This document shows, piece by piece, positions 63,083 through 64,000 of a DNA stretch of 64,000 nucleotides. Within the stretch, counting starts at the first letter, position 1. Each line of letters starts with the position of its first letter. Under the pieces are notes generated by a model. It saw nothing but the letters and a program-made list of their open reading frames with translations, ran no database searches and was not told the origin of the DNA. The position numbers and the translations under genes are program-made. Source of the DNA: Felis catus (taxonomy: Eukaryota); the NCBI RefSeq assembly GCF_018350175.1, contig NC_058383.1, positions 26,476,001-26,540,000 of the forward strand, written 5' to 3'.

Positions 63083-64000
63083 AGGAAGCTTTTGTTTAAG
63101 TGGCCTGTCTTGTGGAGTTACTGTAATACTAGTATTCCGTTTTTACTGTTCTTATTAGGATATAAAAATTACACCAGTAGTGCTGTTTTCCCCACTTTGA
63201 GTTCATTTAAAAATCTGGTTTCTGTCTTAGTGTAATTGCATTGGAGAAGTTAGAAATAGAACTAGGGTGTTTTATGTTCCTCTCTCAGGTGTATTTATTT
63301 TTAAGAATATGTGCATTTTTAGTATTGATCCTTCACAAATATTTATCTTAGGAGAGGCTGGTGTCATGAAAATAACAGTGGACTAAAAACGGGTAGACAA
63401 AAGTCCTTTGTACTGACACTACCCAGCTGTTGCCCTGAAGAGGTAATTCTTGCCTTCCCTAAGATGTAGGGTTGTGAAGGTTAAAGTTTGGAAAATTACT
63501 TTCAAAATTATTGAAGTGATACACAAATGCTGTTTATGTTGCCATGTCTGATTCAAATCTGGAATTTTAAAGATCCTCCTTTTTTACCTCTTCCTCAGAA
63601 AGTTTCAGGATTCACTACACACTTGCACACACGCACTAGTTCAGTTTTCTCTTCTAGTACTTTGTATGCATGTGTGTAGTCATTCTAAGAATTTCATAAG
63701 GAGTATTTTATGAAATAACACTTTATTTCATAAAATAAATATGGGATTTATTTTCTATTTACGTGGGAATGGGATATATGAATGGGAGCACATGTCATTG
63801 TTAAATTTCTATTAGATGTGGCATATATGATGTTTGATATTATTTATATGAAATATTGTGATATATAACTGATATCTATTAAATTGGTGGTTATGCAGTT
63901 AATTGCTCTTCAGTATAATAGTGGTTCTCTTGCTACATTTTTTAGTATGCTGCCATAATCTAAGCCTATGTCAAGTTGGCTAATGAGGAATTTGACTATG

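Larger units (their letters stand above)
1..64000. mobile_element. Dispersed CAN-SINE (SINEC, tRNA-derived) family: many dozens of copies on both strands
   Basis: Recurrent GGGGCGCCTGGGTGGCTCAGTCGGTT head (A box), GTTCGAGCCCC (B box), (CT)n tract and A-rich tail, often with TSDs. Confidence 0.97.
53171..64000 (+). other. SMG1: SMG1 intron 1 (continues beyond the window)
   Basis: Starts with GT after exon 1. I did not find SMG1 exon 2 peptide (TDSASADP...) downstream. The sequence is AT-rich and SINE-containing. Confidence 0.85.

Overview
Mammalian (felid) genomic DNA. The window is saturated with tRNA-derived CAN-SINEs, including young SINEC_Fc-type copies that are typical of cats. Bases 1-52,200 are repeat-dense intergenic sequence (SINEs, L1, L2, MIR, hAT MITEs, solo LTRs). 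A CpG-island promoter at ~52.3-53.4 kb carries exon 1 of SMG1, the PIKK kinase of nonsense-mediated decay. Its CDS is 53082-53170 (MSRRAPGSRLSSGGGGGTKYPRSWNDWQP-R) and intron 1 runs off the right end. I found no other protein-coding gene, and nearly all ORFs in the track are SINE, L1 or simple-repeat artefacts. Most interesting: (1) a 6-codon uORF whose TAA overlaps the SMG1 ATG (TAATG), plus a tandem +4 splice donor on the same exon, giving two candidate NMD-feedback switches; (2) a 36-bp, 14-nt-loop hairpin made of two fused inverted SINE heads in intron 1; (3) a pure (GC)16 tract; (4) three solo LTRs stacked at one 4-bp site; (5) one L1-endonuclease site reused repeatedly. I cannot support a wholly new biological system; the regulatory ideas are hypotheses. 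Repeat family names come from recalled consensus sequences and boundaries without a TSD are approximate.
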